A stretch of DNA of 64,000 nucleotides, from contig JBAYKK010000004.1 of NCBI GenBank assembly GCA_041664625.1, positions 2,343-66,342 on the forward strand, given 5' to 3'. Under the pieces are notes generated by a model. It was not told the DNA's origin, did not search any database, and saw only the letters and a program-made list of their open reading frames with translations. Shown piece by piece: positions 1 to 8,943 of the stretch (position 1 is its first letter; each line of letters starts with the position of its first letter). The stretch is from Minisyncoccota bacterium. Lineage in GTDB: Bacteria; Patescibacteriota; Minisyncoccia; Phycocordibacterales; WO2-35-19. A program made the translations under genes and the position numbers.

Positions 1-383
1 AACAAATTCATCACTCATGTCGCTCGCTACTTTGGCCGAGTGTTCGATGATATGAGCAAGTTCGGGAGTCAAAAAAATCTGATAAGAAGGAGAAACCGTG
101 TTGCTGGAAGTGACTCCCTCCATGGCTTCAAAAAGTGAATCAGTAAGCAAGATTGTATCTACTTCCATTTTATCCAAAATCGAAGCCACCATACTGTCTT
201 CTTGCAAAATCAAAGCAGCCAAAAGATGCAGAGGGCCAACATGATTTTGGCCACGTTCAATTACCAGCTCGTGAGCTTTCCTGATGACTTCTTTGGCTTT
301 GGTTGTGAAATTGTTAAATGGAGTCATATTAGCGCTATTATAGCAGAAAAACAGCTTAAATCAAGCCTTTCTGCTTGTATAAA

Positions 384-1223
384 TTATTTAGAAAGTTCAG
401 CTAAAGCTTTGGTGGTAGATGTTTTGACAAAGTTTATAGGTAAAAAGGAATACTCGGTTTCTGCCTCGCCTACTGGTGCTTCTAGACCAATGACTTCACC
501 CGTTAAATTCAAAATTGGACTACCAAAATGACTTTTGGAAACCTTTATGTCAGAAAGAATATTGGTAACGGTTTTTTTGTCGGTAGCAAACGAGAGCTGA
601 AATACTCTACCGATAGAAGCTGCATTGGAATCACGTCCACTTATTGCCACCAAAGTTTGGCCGATTTTTAAACTGTCGGAATCACCAAAAGTAGTTGGGT
701 AAAAAGTATACTTGGCATCACTCTGAGGAACATTGGTTTTTATAAATACCAAACCATTGACGTTATCGACAAAAACCTTACCTGATGGATAAGATTTGCC
801 GTCAAAAAATAAAATAGTAAAAGCAGATGCGGCATTGTAGCTCCTCAAATCAGCAACGATCACACCTTCAGCAGAAACCACCAAACCCAGACCAGAAAAG
901 ATTTCTGAGCCGTCAGAGCCGATAGTTTTCAATCTTACGATAGACTTTTCGTTTTTGGCTATGGATTCAAGGACTCGGTCTTCTTCGCTCACCACAACCG
1001 TAGTAGTGACTTTATCGGGTTTGCCTGGCTCGGTCACTACTCGCTCGATAGTACGTTCCACTACTCGACTGATATTTTGAGTGACTTCAACGGGCGCTTC
1101 GGAAAGTAAAGTGAAAGTAATAATACCGGTAGCAATAGAGGTCACAAAAGTTATAAGTAACACAATAAGTATGAGTTGATGTTTGGTGAGATCTTCCATT
1201 TGTTTTAATAATACCAAAATCAA
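384..1223 (-). CDS. Trypsin-like (S1/HtrA-type) serine protease, membrane-anchored, no obvious PDZ
   Basis: 279 aa; N-terminal TM helix; trypsin-fold motifs including 'GSPILN' near the C-terminus (GNSGGP-type serine region). Confidence 0.55.
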   Translation of the reverse strand: MILVLLKQMEDLTKHQLILIVLLITFVTSIATGIITFTLLSEAPVEVTQNISRVVERTIERVVTEPGKPDKVTTTVVVSEEDRVLESIAKNEKSIVRLKTIGSDGSEIFSGLGLVVSAEGVIVADLRSYNAASAFTILFFDGKSYPSGKVFVDNVNGLVFIKTNVPQSDAKYTFYPTTFGDSDSLKIGQTLVAISGRDSNAASIGRVFQLSFATDKKTVTNILSDIKVSKSHFGSPILNLTGEVIGLEAPVGEAETEYSFLPINFVKTSTTKALAELSK

Positions 1224-1328
1224 AAAGTAAAAACAAATAAAATTTATAAGTGGATAATTATTATCTTATATTATTTCTTATTGACAATGTTTTTATTTCT
1301 AGCATAATATTTTAGGGAGTGTGAAGCC

Positions 1329-1721
1329 ATGATTTATCTTTTTGTAATACTCTTCTTCGCTGTTTTTTCCACTTCTGCCCTAGGGCAGGCAGTGAAAATC
1401 GGTGAAAAACAGGTCGTTACAAACTGGAAATGGGTAGAAGTAAGAAACCCTGAACCAGTAAAAAACAGCACAAACACTTTTGACGCAGACGATCTCTGCG
1501 CTATAAAGCACGGCGGAGTGGTAACCATCGCCGGCATAGACAGAAAGCTCCTACTGGCCCATTATTCAATCAGTGGGATCCAGCACGGTCCGTCTTGTCC
1601 GACCGGAGTCCTCTTTTTTACCTCAAAAAAAGGATTTTCAAAGATGGCGATGGAATACCAAGAGGTAAACCGAGAGGAGCAGAAAAAGAAAAACCTGCTC
1701 AAAAGATTCCTGAGATACTGA
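1329..1721 (+). CDS. Hypothetical secreted protein
   Basis: 130 aa ORF with N-terminal signal-peptide-like hydrophobic segment; RBS-like GGGAG upstream. Confidence 0.35.
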   Translation: MIYLFVILFFAVFSTSALGQAVKIGEKQVVTNWKWVEVRNPEPVKNSTNTFDADDLCAIKHGGVVTIAGIDRKLLLAHYSISGIQHGPSCPTGVLFFTSKKGFSKMAMEYQEVNREEQKKKNLLKRFLRY

Positions 1722-1730
1722 CGAGTATAC

Positions 1731-1770
1731 GCCTCGTGTCACCCCAGATGTGACACGAGGCATCGTTTTT
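1731..1770. terminator. Bidirectional intrinsic terminator (GC-rich palindrome gcctcgtgtcac...gtgacacgaggc + T-run)
   Basis: Perfect 12-bp inverted repeat between convergent genes, followed by TTTTT. Confidence 0.6.
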
Positions 1771-1778
1771 AATAAAAT

Positions 1779-3029
1779 TTATTTAATTATTTTTTTAAGG
1801 GTAGAAATGAATTTATCTACATCAGATTTTTTGGTAGCGCGACCAAGAGTGATGCGGAGAGAAGAACTGCCACAATCTTCACGGCCCAAACTTTCAATAA
1901 CATAAGAACCATTTTCGAGCGAGAGCGTATGACAAGCCGAAGCAGCTGATACTGCAAAACCCAAAGTATCGAGTTTGATGACTAGAAATTCAGAATCAAT
2001 TTTAGGCAAACCCGCCTTCGCCAAAGGCTTCGGCGAGGCAAGGCAAATATTAATATTATTAGGCAAACGATTTTTCAAATCACCATTCAAAAAAGAATTT
2101 GGAATTTCTTTTAAGATTTTAGTAACCGCATAATTGCGCAAAGTAGTGAGACGCTTGGTTTCTTTTTCTCTCATATCACTCGCGATCGCCAAAGCTTTGG
2201 TTAAACCAACAGCCCCTGCCACGTTTTCGGTACCTGAACGCAAACCTCTTTCTTGTCCCCCGCCAAAGATTATGGGCGATATTTTGACATCTCGTTTAAC
2301 AACCAAAACCCCTACCCCTCTTGGGCCATACATTTTGATACCGTCCAAAACCAAAATATCTGCCCCCAATCTTTCTAAAGAAACATTTTCAAAACAAACA
2401 CTCTGACAAGCATCTACAAGTAAAAAAGGAAATGAATTATGAATTATGGGATATGAATTATGGAGCTCAGGAGAAGAACTTTTTTTGCTTAATTCATGAT
2501 TCTTAATTCTTAATTCTCGAAAATTTCTTACAATTTTAGAAATTTTAGATACGGGTTGGATAGTGCCGATTTCGTTGTTGGCATGTTGTACCACAATTAA
2601 AACCGTATTTGCTTTTAATTCTTTTTTTATAGACTCTGGATTTATGAGACCTTTTTCGTTTGGCGAAATAAAAGAAATTTCCACTTTTTGTTCTTTAATT
2701 AAATTTTTGATGGGTTCCAAAACTGCCGGGTGTTCTATGCTAGAAACGATAATATGCGGTATTCCGTTTTCAAAATTTTTGACCACACCCGCAATAGCCA
2801 AATTTAAAGATTCAGTACCGCCACTGGTGAAAAACACCTCGTTACTACGGCAATGCAAAAATCGAGCGATATTTATTCTCGCCTCTTCCAAAATGTTTTT
2901 GGCCATTTCTCCCTCGTTGTGTAAAGAAGAAGGATTGGCCCAAAACTTCTTTTGCACTCTACTCATCTCCGCCTCGACTTTGGGGTCAAGAGGAGTAATA
3001 GAAGCATAATCCAAAAATATCCTAGGCAT
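1779..3029 (-). CDS. Cysteine desulfurase (class V aminotransferase, IscS/NifS-like) with an internal low-complexity insertion
   Basis: 416 aa; 'SGGTESLNLAI', 'HANNEIGTIQP', 'VDACQSV' motifs typical of IscS/NifS; ~25-aa insertion encoded by short tandem repeats at ~2400-2530. Confidence 0.85.
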   Translation of the reverse strand: MPRIFLDYASITPLDPKVEAEMSRVQKKFWANPSSLHNEGEMAKNILEEARINIARFLHCRSNEVFFTSGGTESLNLAIAGVVKNFENGIPHIIVSSIEHPAVLEPIKNLIKEQKVEISFISPNEKGLINPESIKKELKANTVLIVVQHANNEIGTIQPVSKISKIVRNFRELRIKNHELSKKSSSPELHNSYPIIHNSFPFLLVDACQSVCFENVSLERLGADILVLDGIKMYGPRGVGVLVVKRDVKISPIIFGGGQERGLRSGTENVAGAVGLTKALAIASDMREKETKRLTTLRNYAVTKILKEIPNSFLNGDLKNRLPNNINICLASPKPLAKAGLPKIDSEFLVIKLDTLGFAVSAASACHTLSLENGSYVIESLGREDCGSSSLRITLGRATKKSDVDKFISTLKKIIK

Positions 3030-3052
3030 ATTTTGTATAATATCATACTTTA

Positions 3053-3538
3053 GTGTATAATATTATTATGTTAATCAACTGGGACTTAGCGGTTTTTTTT
3101 ATTCCTTTTATATCATTAGGGGTGGCTTTGATTTCTCTGATTTTAGCCCTGATAATACATGTGAGGATTAAAAGGATTTTTAGGAGTGCGACCTCATCTG
3201 ACATCGAAAAGCTTCTAAAATTACACTCCAAAACTCTTGAAGATTTCATAAGATTCAAAGCCGAATCAGAAATCTACACCAAAGCTTTGAACGAAAGAAT
3301 AAAGAAAAAAATAATTAACGCTTCAACCATAAGATTCAACCCATTTCAAGGCGAAGGTATCGGTGGCAACCAAAGCTTTTCAGTGAGCCTGGCAGATGAA
3401 GAAGGCAACGGTGTAGTCATCACCAGTATGCACACCAGAGAGCGGACCAACGTCTTTGCCAAGCCTATTCAAAACTGGAAAAGCGAATACGAACTGAGCG
3501 AAGAAGAAAAACAAGCCATAAAAAACCAACAAAAATAA
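3053..3538 (+). CDS. DUF4446-like small membrane-anchored protein
   Basis: 161 aa; N-terminal TM; 'RFNPFQGEGIGGNQSFSVSLADEEGNGVVITSMHTRERT' resembles DUF4446 family. Confidence 0.4.
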   Translation: MYNIIMLINWDLAVFFIPFISLGVALISLILALIIHVRIKRIFRSATSSDIEKLLKLHSKTLEDFIRFKAESEIYTKALNERIKKKIINASTIRFNPFQGEGIGGNQSFSVSLADEEGNGVVITSMHTRERTNVFAKPIQNWKSEYELSEEEKQAIKNQQK

Positions 3539-5047
3539 ATGACTCAAAACAAAAATACAGAGAAATCAAATTTGGAAGCTCGACCACCAGTAGTGGTTAT
3601 CATGGGTCATATCGACCACGGCAAATCCACTTTACTTGATTACATAAGGAAAACCAACACTACCGAAAAAGAAGCTGGTGGTATCACTCAACATATTTCT
3701 GCCTACGAAGCCGAATGCAAAATCGGTGATCAAACTAGGAAAATAACTTTTTTGGACACCCCTGGGCACGAAGCTTTTTGCTCAATCAGAGCTCGAGGTG
3801 CTGACATCGCCGACATAGCAGTGCTCATAGTTTCTGCCGAAGATGGTGTCAAACCTCAGACTCTTGAAGCATTGAACTGTATCAATAAAGACGCTATGCC
3901 GTTTATAATCGCCCTAAACAAAATAGACCGCCCAGGTGCCGATATTGATAAAGTCAAAACCGCACTGGCCGAAGCTGGAGTTTTGGTAGAAGGTTGGGGT
4001 GGCAAGATACCAGTAGTCGCTATCTCTGGCAAAACCGGCGAAGGTGTGCCCGATCTTTTGGAAATAATCGCTCTGCAATCTGATATCGAAGAATTAAATG
4101 GTGACACTTCTCTCTTGGCAGAAGGTTTCGTCATCGAAAGTGATCTCAACCCCAAACAAGGTATTTCTGCCACTCTCATAATCAAAAACGGATCTTTAAA
4201 AACTGGGCTTTTTGTTTCGACTGCTGGCGCTTACGCTCCAGTCAGAGCTATCAGCAATTATAAAAACGAGAGCATCACTGAGGCAACTTTTTCGAGCCCT
4301 ATCAAAATAGTAGGCTGGAACGCTCAACCCATGGCCGGTTTCGAATTCAAAACTTTTGCAAAAAAAGAAGAGGCTATAGAATTCGCTGCAAAAAACTTAG
4401 ATTTGAAAGAAAAAGTTACCTCGAGAAACATACCCGAGGGTTCTGCTTTTTTGGAAGTGATCGTCAAAGCGGATACTTTTGGATCATTAAACGCTGTAGA
4501 AAATGAATTACAAAAATTGGGTAATGAAAAAATGTCAGTCAAAATAATTTCCAAAGGTATCGGCGCAATAACCGAAAAAGATCTCAAGACCGCGACTATC
4601 AAAAACACTTTGGTTTTAGGTTTCAATATAGAAGCAGACAAGAGTGCCGAGATACTAGCTCTCCGCAACAACACCGAAATAAAAACTTACAAAATAATTT
4701 ATGAACTTATTGACTACGTCAAAGAAAAGATCAAACAAAATACTCCAGTAGAAACCGTCAAAACCGTCACCGGCCTAGTCAAAATAATCAGGATTTTTGG
4801 CAAAAACAAAGACAAGCAAGTGATCGGTGGCAAAATAGAAGATGGCGAAATTAAACTAGGAAGCCCAGTGGAAATAATAAGAAGAGAGGCCCTGATCGGT
4901 ACCGGCAAAATCAAAGAACTGCAAGTGCAAAAAATAAAAACCGATATCGTCAAAGCTGGTAGTGAATTTGGCATGATGTTAGATTCAAAGATAGAAATCG
5001 CTCCTGGTGACATGCTCCAAGCCACTTCTTTAATCAAACAAGAATAA
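3539..5047 (+). CDS. infB: Translation initiation factor IF-2 (short form)
   Basis: 502 aa; GTPase G1 'GHIDHGKST', G3 'DTPGHEAF', G4 'NKID'; IF-2 C-terminal domains. Confidence 0.9.
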   Translation: MTQNKNTEKSNLEARPPVVVIMGHIDHGKSTLLDYIRKTNTTEKEAGGITQHISAYEAECKIGDQTRKITFLDTPGHEAFCSIRARGADIADIAVLIVSAEDGVKPQTLEALNCINKDAMPFIIALNKIDRPGADIDKVKTALAEAGVLVEGWGGKIPVVAISGKTGEGVPDLLEIIALQSDIEELNGDTSLLAEGFVIESDLNPKQGISATLIIKNGSLKTGLFVSTAGAYAPVRAISNYKNESITEATFSSPIKIVGWNAQPMAGFEFKTFAKKEEAIEFAAKNLDLKEKVTSRNIPEGSAFLEVIVKADTFGSLNAVENELQKLGNEKMSVKIISKGIGAITEKDLKTATIKNTLVLGFNIEADKSAEILALRNNTEIKTYKIIYELIDYVKEKIKQNTPVETVKTVTGLVKIIRIFGKNKDKQVIGGKIEDGEIKLGSPVEIIRREALIGTGKIKELQVQKIKTDIVKAGSEFGMMLDSKIEIAPGDMLQATSLIKQE

Positions 5048-5048
5048 A

Positions 5049-5095
5049 ATAACTCACCCCAAACCCCTCTCTTACATTAAGAGAGGGGAAAAATA
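5049..5095 (+). terminator. Intrinsic terminator after infB; also a copy of a palindromic repeat element
   Basis: Palindrome cccctctcttacattaagagagggg followed by A/T-rich run; same 40-nt element occurs inverted at 47158-47197. Confidence 0.6.
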
Positions 5096-5101
5096 AAAAA
5101 T

Positions 5102-5452
5102 ATGAAAACTCCGATCAGATTTAAAGACGAAAAAAGAAGTTCCTTACTCAACAAATTTGCAGCCGAATACTTCAGTCTAGAATCAAACAAGGATTCTTTG
5201 ATGACTGTCACCAAAATAGAACTTTTGGACAAAGGCCGGAGAGCTATCGTTTATTTCACTACCCTACCAAGAGAAAAAGAAAACGAGGCTTTAGAATTTG
5301 CCAAACGTCGAGCCAGAGATTTCAGACAATTCGTGATGTCTAAAAAGTCTTTTGGTTTTGTACCAAAAATAGATTTTTGTATTGATCTTGGTGAGCTCAA
5401 CCGACAAAGAATAGACGAACTTTCTAACCAATCCAACTCATCACTTAATTGA
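5102..5452 (+). CDS. rbfA: Ribosome-binding factor A-like
   Basis: 116 aa immediately downstream of infB (conserved infB-rbfA synteny); sequence pattern consistent with RbfA KH-like protein. Confidence 0.5.
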   Translation: MKTPIRFKDEKRSSLLNKFAAEYFSLESNKDSLMTVTKIELLDKGRRAIVYFTTLPREKENEALEFAKRRARDFRQFVMSKKSFGFVPKIDFCIDLGELNRQRIDELSNQSNSSLN

Positions 5453-5487
5453 AAATTTGATTAAAAATTGTTAGTCTTAAAACGTTC

Positions 5488-5559
5488 GGCCTGGTAGCCA
5501 AGTAGTAAGGCATTCCTCTGCAAAAGGAATATACGCGGGTGCAATTCCCACCCAGGCCT
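5488..5559 (+). tRNA. tRNA-Cys (GCA)
   Basis: Acceptor GGCCTGG/CCAGGCC; anticodon stem TTCCT/AGGAA with loop CTGCAAA; T-arm GGGTG-CAATTCC-CACCC; no encoded CCA. Confidence 0.7.
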
Positions 5560-5633
5560 CCGCGAAATTTTAAGGAGCAAAGTGACTATAAAATTTCAGC
5601 GCCCCGCCGAAGCTTTAGCGAAGGCGGACAAAA

Positions 5634-5716
5634 GCTCGGGTGGTGGAATGGTATACACGAAGGACTTAAAATCCTTTGGCCGCAAGGCCTTGCGAGTTCG
5701 AGTCTCGCCCCGAGCA
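5634..5716 (+). tRNA. tRNA-Leu (TAA), type II with long variable arm
   Basis: Acceptor GCTCGGG/CCCGAGC; anticodon loop CTTAAAA; variable arm GGCCGCAAGGCC; T-arm GCGAG-TTCGAGT-CTCGC. Confidence 0.8.
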
Positions 5717-5719
5717 CCG

Positions 5720-6478
5720 ATGAAATGGCTTAATAAAAAAATATTATTTCTTTTGGGTTATGTGATTTTGGCAGGGATAGTAGTTTTAATATTTAAACCC
5801 ACTTACCTTTTATCTATCATTTTAGTTTTAGTACCGCCTAGTATCGCAAACTTCTATTGGCTCAAAAAATCAAAACTCAAAGTTTTTGTTTTTGCTTTTA
5901 TAACTGGCGTAGTCATCGCTCCAGCCATCGAACTCTGTGCCAGACTCGCCAACGTCTGGGATGTGCAGTCTGTGATCTTAAGACCTTTTGGACTCATACC
6001 GATAGAAAACATGCTTTTTGCTTTCTTAAATTTCTTGTGGGTTTTGAGTTTTTATGAATATTTTGTAGATCGCGATTACAACAAAAAAATATCATGCAAA
6101 TTTAAAATACTAGTGACTATCTACGTCGTGGCCGCTATCGCTATTTATGCTTTATTTTTTATAAATAAAGCATTGGTAACTTTAAACTACATCACCATTT
6201 CTATACCACTTTTGGTTTTACCGGCTATTTTGATTTTTAGCAAAAAACCAGCTCTACTCAAAAAAGTCATTTTGCCAACCATATTTTTTGCTTTGATTTT
6301 TTTCTATTACGAAATAATCTCCCTCATCATCGGCAGTTGGTGGTGGCCAGGTGAATATATTTTCAACACCACCATTTTTGGCAAAGTTTTCCCACTTGAT
6401 GATGTCATCATCTGGTACCTCCTATCTACCCCAGTCCTTATCGGCGGTTATGAATTTTTCACTGACGATTGGCATTAA
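5720..6478 (+). CDS. Polytopic membrane protein, possibly lycopene-cyclase-domain family
   Basis: 252 aa from ATG at 5720 (the longer six-frame ORF from 5582 overlaps tRNA-Leu); ~7 TM helices; 'IPIEN'/'FPLDD' motifs. Confidence 0.4.
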   Translation: MKWLNKKILFLLGYVILAGIVVLIFKPTYLLSIILVLVPPSIANFYWLKKSKLKVFVFAFITGVVIAPAIELCARLANVWDVQSVILRPFGLIPIENMLFAFLNFLWVLSFYEYFVDRDYNKKISCKFKILVTIYVVAAIAIYALFFINKALVTLNYITISIPLLVLPAILIFSKKPALLKKVILPTIFFALIFFYYEIISLIIGSWWWPGEYIFNTTIFGKVFPLDDVIIWYLLSTPVLIGGYEFFTDDWH

Positions 6479-6566
6479 AATTATTTAAATTAACAATTGA
6501 ATTTGATAGTTATTAACCATATTACAGTTTGGTTCTATTTCTATATAGGATATAATTGGTAGTACA

Positions 6567-7286
6567 ATGATAATTAACTCAATCCTAAAACAAAAATCAA
6601 GGGCTCTCAGGAAAAAAGGTTTTAGTTATGGAGAAATAGCGTCCAAAATAAAAATTTCAAAAAGCACAGTAAAATATTGGTGTACTGATATAATTCTTAA
6701 TCAAAAAGACCAAAAAAGACTTTACACTAAACAAATAAAGGCACTTTCAGGTGGGCCAAGAAGTAGCCACAATCGAAGACAAAAAGAAATAGAAAAAATT
6801 ACTAAAAATTCCGAAAAGGAAATATCCTTACCCATCAATTTAGATACATACAAACTTTTTGGTGCTGCCCTTTACTGGGCAGAAGGAAATAAGATCAGTG
6901 ATTTTACAATTACTAATTCCGATCCATTATTAATACAATTTATGTGTCAATGGTTTTGTAAAATATTTAATGTCACACCTAATGATCTAAAAGCTCATCT
7001 TAATATATATCCACAACAAAACGATTTAGAAATAAAAAAATTTTGGTCAAATATAACAGGAATACCATTAAATAGATTTGGGAAAACTTTTATCAAACCA
7101 GTGAGTAAAAATTACAAAAAAAATAATCTTTATTATGGAACAATTAAAGTCAGGGTTAGCAAAGGTACAGATTTTAGACATCGTGTATTTAGTTGGATTA
7201 ATGCAATATTAAAAAATAATAAAATTAATGTTGGAATTACTGAAAGAAAATGGTATAAATTAAAGGGTGACTATATGCGCCCATAG
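6567..7286 (+). CDS. HTH-containing protein with LAGLIDADG-like motif (possible homing-endonuclease-like)
   Basis: 239 aa; N-terminal resolvase-type HTH 'GFSYGEIASKIKISKSTVKYW'; 'LFGAALYWAEGNK' resembles LAGLIDADG; stop overlaps tRNA-Lys 5' end. Confidence 0.3.
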   Translation: MIINSILKQKSRALRKKGFSYGEIASKIKISKSTVKYWCTDIILNQKDQKRLYTKQIKALSGGPRSSHNRRQKEIEKITKNSEKEISLPINLDTYKLFGAALYWAEGNKISDFTITNSDPLLIQFMCQWFCKIFNVTPNDLKAHLNIYPQQNDLEIKKFWSNITGIPLNRFGKTFIKPVSKNYKKNNLYYGTIKVRVSKGTDFRHRVFSWINAILKNNKINVGITERKWYKLKGDYMRP

Positions 7287-7349
7287 CTCAGTCGGTAGAG
7301 CAGTCGCCTCTTAAGCGAACGGTCCTTGGTTCGAATCCAAGTGGGCGCA
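7277..7349 (+). tRNA. tRNA-Lys (CTT)
   Basis: Acceptor GCGCCCA/TGGGCGC; D-arm GCTC..GAGC; anticodon loop CTCTTAA; T-arm CTTGG-TTCGAAT-CCAAG. Confidence 0.8.
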
Positions 7350-7452
7350 CAAACCGACAACAGGAAGGTTTGTGCGAGTCGGAGCACGACGGTGCGAGCC
7401 GGGGTCGCGGAATTTTTTAGCAAAAAATTATCTGTGACCACTCGTAAAGTAT

Positions 7453-7533
7453 GCCGGGGTGGTGAAATGGTATACACGCCAGTTTTAGGAACTGGTGCCG
7501 CAAGGCATGGAGGTTCAAGTCCTCTCCCCGGCA
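7453..7533 (+). tRNA. tRNA-Leu (TAG), type II
   Basis: Acceptor GCCGGGG/CCCCGGC; anticodon stem CCAGT/ACTGG loop TTTAGGA; variable arm TGCCGCAAGGCA; T-loop TTCAAGT. Confidence 0.8.
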
Positions 7534-7536
7534 CAA
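7515..7536 (+). repeat. attL-like: tRNA-Leu(TAG) 3' end, duplicated at 31241-31264
   Basis: 'tcaag-tcctctccccggcacaa' here vs 'tcaagattcctctccccggcacaa' at 31241-31264 (17-nt exact core + 5 nt). Confidence 0.55.
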
Positions 7537-7595
7537 CGCAGTGAGACCGACCGAGACCGCCCAACAGAGCGACATTTCGGTCGAGTCAAGTTTGA

Positions 7596-7625
7596 GACGG
7601 GTTCAGGAATGGAACCTTGTTTTTT
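7596..7625 (+). terminator. Intrinsic terminator downstream of tRNA-Leu
   Basis: gggttc-aggaatg-gaacc hairpin followed by TTGTTTTTT. Confidence 0.55.
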
Positions 7626-7663
7626 ATGATTGACTTTTCATTTAACTGGCTCATAATGCATTC

Positions 7664-8260
7664 ATGAATGAATATGGTTTTCAAACTCAGCCCAAGGAAA
7701 AACACAATGTTTTTGTGAGTTTTCATAATAAAGATCAATATTATAGAGATCAATTTGATACTCTGTTCGGGCATCTATTCAATAGCAGATCTGTTGACGT
7801 AGGAGATATAGACCCCGAGAATGAAGACGAGTATATAAAAAAACTAATCCAAGAGAAGCACATAGAACCCTCAAGTGTCGTCTTTGCTTTGTATGGCAAA
7901 GAAACTCACCAACGCAAGCATGTTGATTGGGAAGTTTCTGCGGCTCTAAATAAAAAAGTGGGAGGCCATAAAGGTCTCGTAATTATGTTGATTCCAGGTT
8001 TCCCCATTGCTCCGTATAATGCGTTTAACCAATATGACGAAAGTGTAATATTCCCATATCTACACCCTCGCACTGCTGCAAATCTTAAAAGTGGTTATGC
8101 TGATCTTTACTATTGGCCAGGCCTCTTTACAAATTTTCCCGGAGTTCAAACATTCCCAATGGAAGATATTATCAAGAAAGCTTTCCTCAAGAGAGATAGC
8201 CACGAGCATTTGATTGATAATGGCGATATCCAATATAAAAGAAATCTATCATGGAACTAG
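7664..8260 (+). CDS. TIR-like domain protein (ThsB/DUF1863-type)
   Basis: 198 aa; 'NVFVSFHNKDQ' N-terminal TIR strand motif, 'SSVVFALYGKETHQRKHVDWEVSAAL' matches ThsB-type TIR core (cf. ThsB 'VFFSFHYQD', 'VTCVLIGSQTFNRRWVRYEI'). Confidence 0.6.
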   Translation: MNEYGFQTQPKEKHNVFVSFHNKDQYYRDQFDTLFGHLFNSRSVDVGDIDPENEDEYIKKLIQEKHIEPSSVVFALYGKETHQRKHVDWEVSAALNKKVGGHKGLVIMLIPGFPIAPYNAFNQYDESVIFPYLHPRTAANLKSGYADLYYWPGLFTNFPGVQTFPMEDIIKKAFLKRDSHEHLIDNGDIQYKRNLSWN

Positions 8261-8943
8261 CGAGTACAACTCTAATTAATTTATTTTCCGTATCTCTAAA
8301 TAAGTATCATTTACTATTTGATGTGAACCCTTGGTTAGTAGTAGGGGTGGTTTTATTAGCGCTACTTTTTATATTTGTTCGATGGCGTTTCGGGAAAATG
8401 CGTGGCCCTAATTTTGAAATTGATGCAGCTGAGATGGGAATCGGCCCTGGTAAAATTTCCTTCAAGCCAAATCTCAAAGATCAGGAAATCGCCTACAAAA
8501 TCTGGGTTGAGTTGAGTACAAGAAAGATTGGCCTTGATATTGATCTAAAACATGATGTCATTGCTGAAGTCTACGATTCATGGCACAGCTTCTTCTTGAT
8601 AACTCGAGAATTGATAAAAGATATTCCAGTAAATAAGGTGAAGAATAAAAGCACAAGAGAGATTATTGCTCTGTCTATTAATGTGCTTAACAAGGGTCTC
8701 CGCCCTCACCTCACAACTTGGCAGGCACGCTTCAGGCATTGGTATGAAAGACAGATTGAAAAGAAAGAGGATAGTGATATCGATCCGCAATTTATTCAAG
8801 CAAAGTATCCGCAATTTGAAGAGTTAAAAACTGATTTATTAGAGGTAAACAAGAGGCTTATTGCTTATAGAAAAAAGATGCATGAACTTGTCCTTGGTAA
8901 ATCAAAAGATGGAGAGGAGTTGTCAGAAAAAATTGTCTCCTAA
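8251..8943 (+). CDS. Membrane-anchored protein of unknown fold, translationally coupled to the TIR gene
   Basis: 230 aa; start overlaps TIR stop by 10 nt; one N-terminal TM helix (PWLVVGVVLLALLFIFV), ~180-aa soluble C-terminal domain with no family assignable by eye. Confidence 0.45.
   Translation: MELASTTLINLFSVSLNKYHLLFDVNPWLVVGVVLLALLFIFVRWRFGKMRGPNFEIDAAEMGIGPGKISFKPNLKDQEIAYKIWVELSTRKIGLDIDLKHDVIAEVYDSWHSFFLITRELIKDIPVNKVKNKSTREIIALSINVLNKGLRPHLTTWQARFRHWYERQIEKKEDSDIDPQFIQAKYPQFEELKTDLLEVNKRLIAYRKKMHELVLGKSKDGEELSEKIVS

Noticed and set aside
5582-5733. Six-frame ORF start at 5582 and small ORF 5539-5733
   Set aside because: They overlap tRNA-Leu(TAA) at 5634-5716; the real CDS starts at the ATG at 5720 after the tRNA.
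8251-8943. Second gene of the TIR pair as a Macro-domain ThsA (type II Thoeris)
   Set aside because: No Gly-rich Macro-domain signatures are recognisable by eye. It is left as an unknown fold rather than calling it ThsA.
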